Below, piece by piece: positions 62,932 to 64,000 of a stretch of DNA of 64,000 bases. Position numbers and translations under genes: made by a program. Under the pieces are notes generated by a model. It did no database searches, had not been told where the DNA came from, and saw only the letters and a list, made by a program, of their open reading frames with translations. Source of the stretch: Octopus sinensis (taxonomy: Eukaryota); NCBI RefSeq assembly GCF_006345805.1, contig NC_043026.1, positions 8,122,001 through 8,186,000 on the forward strand, given 5' to 3'. Every line of letters starts with the position of its first letter. Positions within the stretch are counted from its first letter, which is position 1.

Positions 62932-62937
62932 TATATA

Positions 62938-63196
62938 ATAGAAATATTAAAATAACTAAGTCTCTCTAAAAGAGAACAGCGGCAGCATTCCCGGAAAATA
63001 ATAGTTATCGCCATACTAATATGGCATTCTATAAAAATAAGAAAAAAGCTGTCCGCTTATTAGCTCCATGAGGCCATCGCCTTAAGTTAGCTATTTGATA
63101 CACAAACTGTATCCAGATAACCTTCGAAGCTAATAAGCGGACAGCTTTTTTCTTATTTTTATAAGAATGCCATATTAGTATGGCGATAACTATTAT
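62938..63196. mobile_element. fold-back copy of the 38845 family
   Basis: ~68-bp inverted arms (62998-63065 and 63128-63196) around a 62-bp spacer, inside (TA)n. Confidence 0.7.
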
Positions 63197-63476
63197 TATA
63201 TATATATATATATACATTTAAATATTTGTTGTGCAAGATTTTTTATGTGAAGTCGTGTGTTGAAACAGATATTGTTATATTTCGGAATGGCCATATTGCC
63301 AGTTTAGCCAATAAAATATTACAAATATTACAGGCATCCCCCCCCCACACACACACTAACTAAACATAGACGCACATAGCGGTATATGCATGCGCAAATG
63401 AAGACACATACAATAGGAATACAAAATGGCTGACCGTTACTAAGGGAGACACACAAATAAGAAAGAAGAAAACAAA

Positions 63477-63521
63477 GGACCACTGATGAGGTCACAGGAG
63501 TGTGACGAAAGAACTCTGGCC
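63477..63521 (+). ncRNA. type I hammerhead ribozyme, canonical core
   Basis: GGACCA CUGAUGA G GUCACA-GGAG-UGUGAC GAAAG AA CUC^UGGCC; 6-bp stem II. Confidence 0.75.
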
Positions 63522-64000
63522 GAAATAAGATTAAGATTAATGTAAAAAATAAATAACACTAAAGCAAAATAACACCAAATATATAGTGCGTGTTTTTATT
63601 GGCTAAACTGGCAAAATGACCATTCCAAAATACAACATTATATATATATGTATATATATATATATATATATACAGATAAATACATATATATATATATTAT
63701 CATCATCATCATCGTTTAACGTCCACTTTCCATGCTGGCATGGGTTGGACGATTTGACTGAGGGCTGGCAAACCAAATGGCTGCAACAGACTCCAATCTT
63801 GATCTGGCAGAGTTTCTACAGCTGGACGCCCTTCCTAACGCCAACCACTCCGCGAGTGTAGTGGGTGCTTTTTATGTGCCACCGGCACAGGTGCCAGGGG
63901 AGTCTGGCATCGGTCACGATCGGTTGGTGCTTTTTACGTGCCACCGGGATGGAAGCCAGTCAAGGCGCCACTGGCATCGGTCACACTTGGATGGTGCTTT

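Noticed and set aside
63590-63640. YIVRVFIG*TG resembling a GIY-YIG motif
   Set aside because: Very short, contains a stop, and no RT or nuclease context.

Overview
AT-rich, microsatellite-saturated eukaryotic DNA. The repeat families and SINE density suggest a coleoid cephalopod, probably Octopus (inference). There is one 100-N assembly gap at 8670-8769. Two convergent protein-coding genes can be built from splice signals and frame continuity. (1) The last two coding exons of an XK-related (XKR, putative scramblase) gene on + (32645-32841, 36215-37146); its 5' exons were not found. (2) Fourteen exons of WDR70 on - (62752 down to 44033; 1934 nt, consistent phases); its N-terminal exon(s) lie beyond the window. 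The rest is a dense transposon mosaic: three tRNA-derived SINE families, a (GAT)n-tailed element carrying a VNTR, a ~550-bp element found only in (TAA)n tracts, CR1/RTE/R4/Tx1-type LINE fragments, mariner MITEs, non-autonomous Helitrons and a fold-back DNA element with 8-bp TSDs. The most striking observation is a population of small non-coding elements, mostly next to (TA)n tracts, that carry type I hammerhead ribozyme folds. I read about 13 complete or near-complete folds plus several half-motifs, from many unrelated sequence families. They include a U3-A8 compensatory core variant, three with long stem-II insertions, two families with ~355-360-nt circularly permuted monomers, and repeated fold-back palindromes whose turning points fall on ribozyme helices. 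This resembles Penelope-derived or retrozyme-like elements. All folds were read by eye and none has been tested for activity. Nearly all other ORFs in the supplied track are microsatellite or repeat artefacts.
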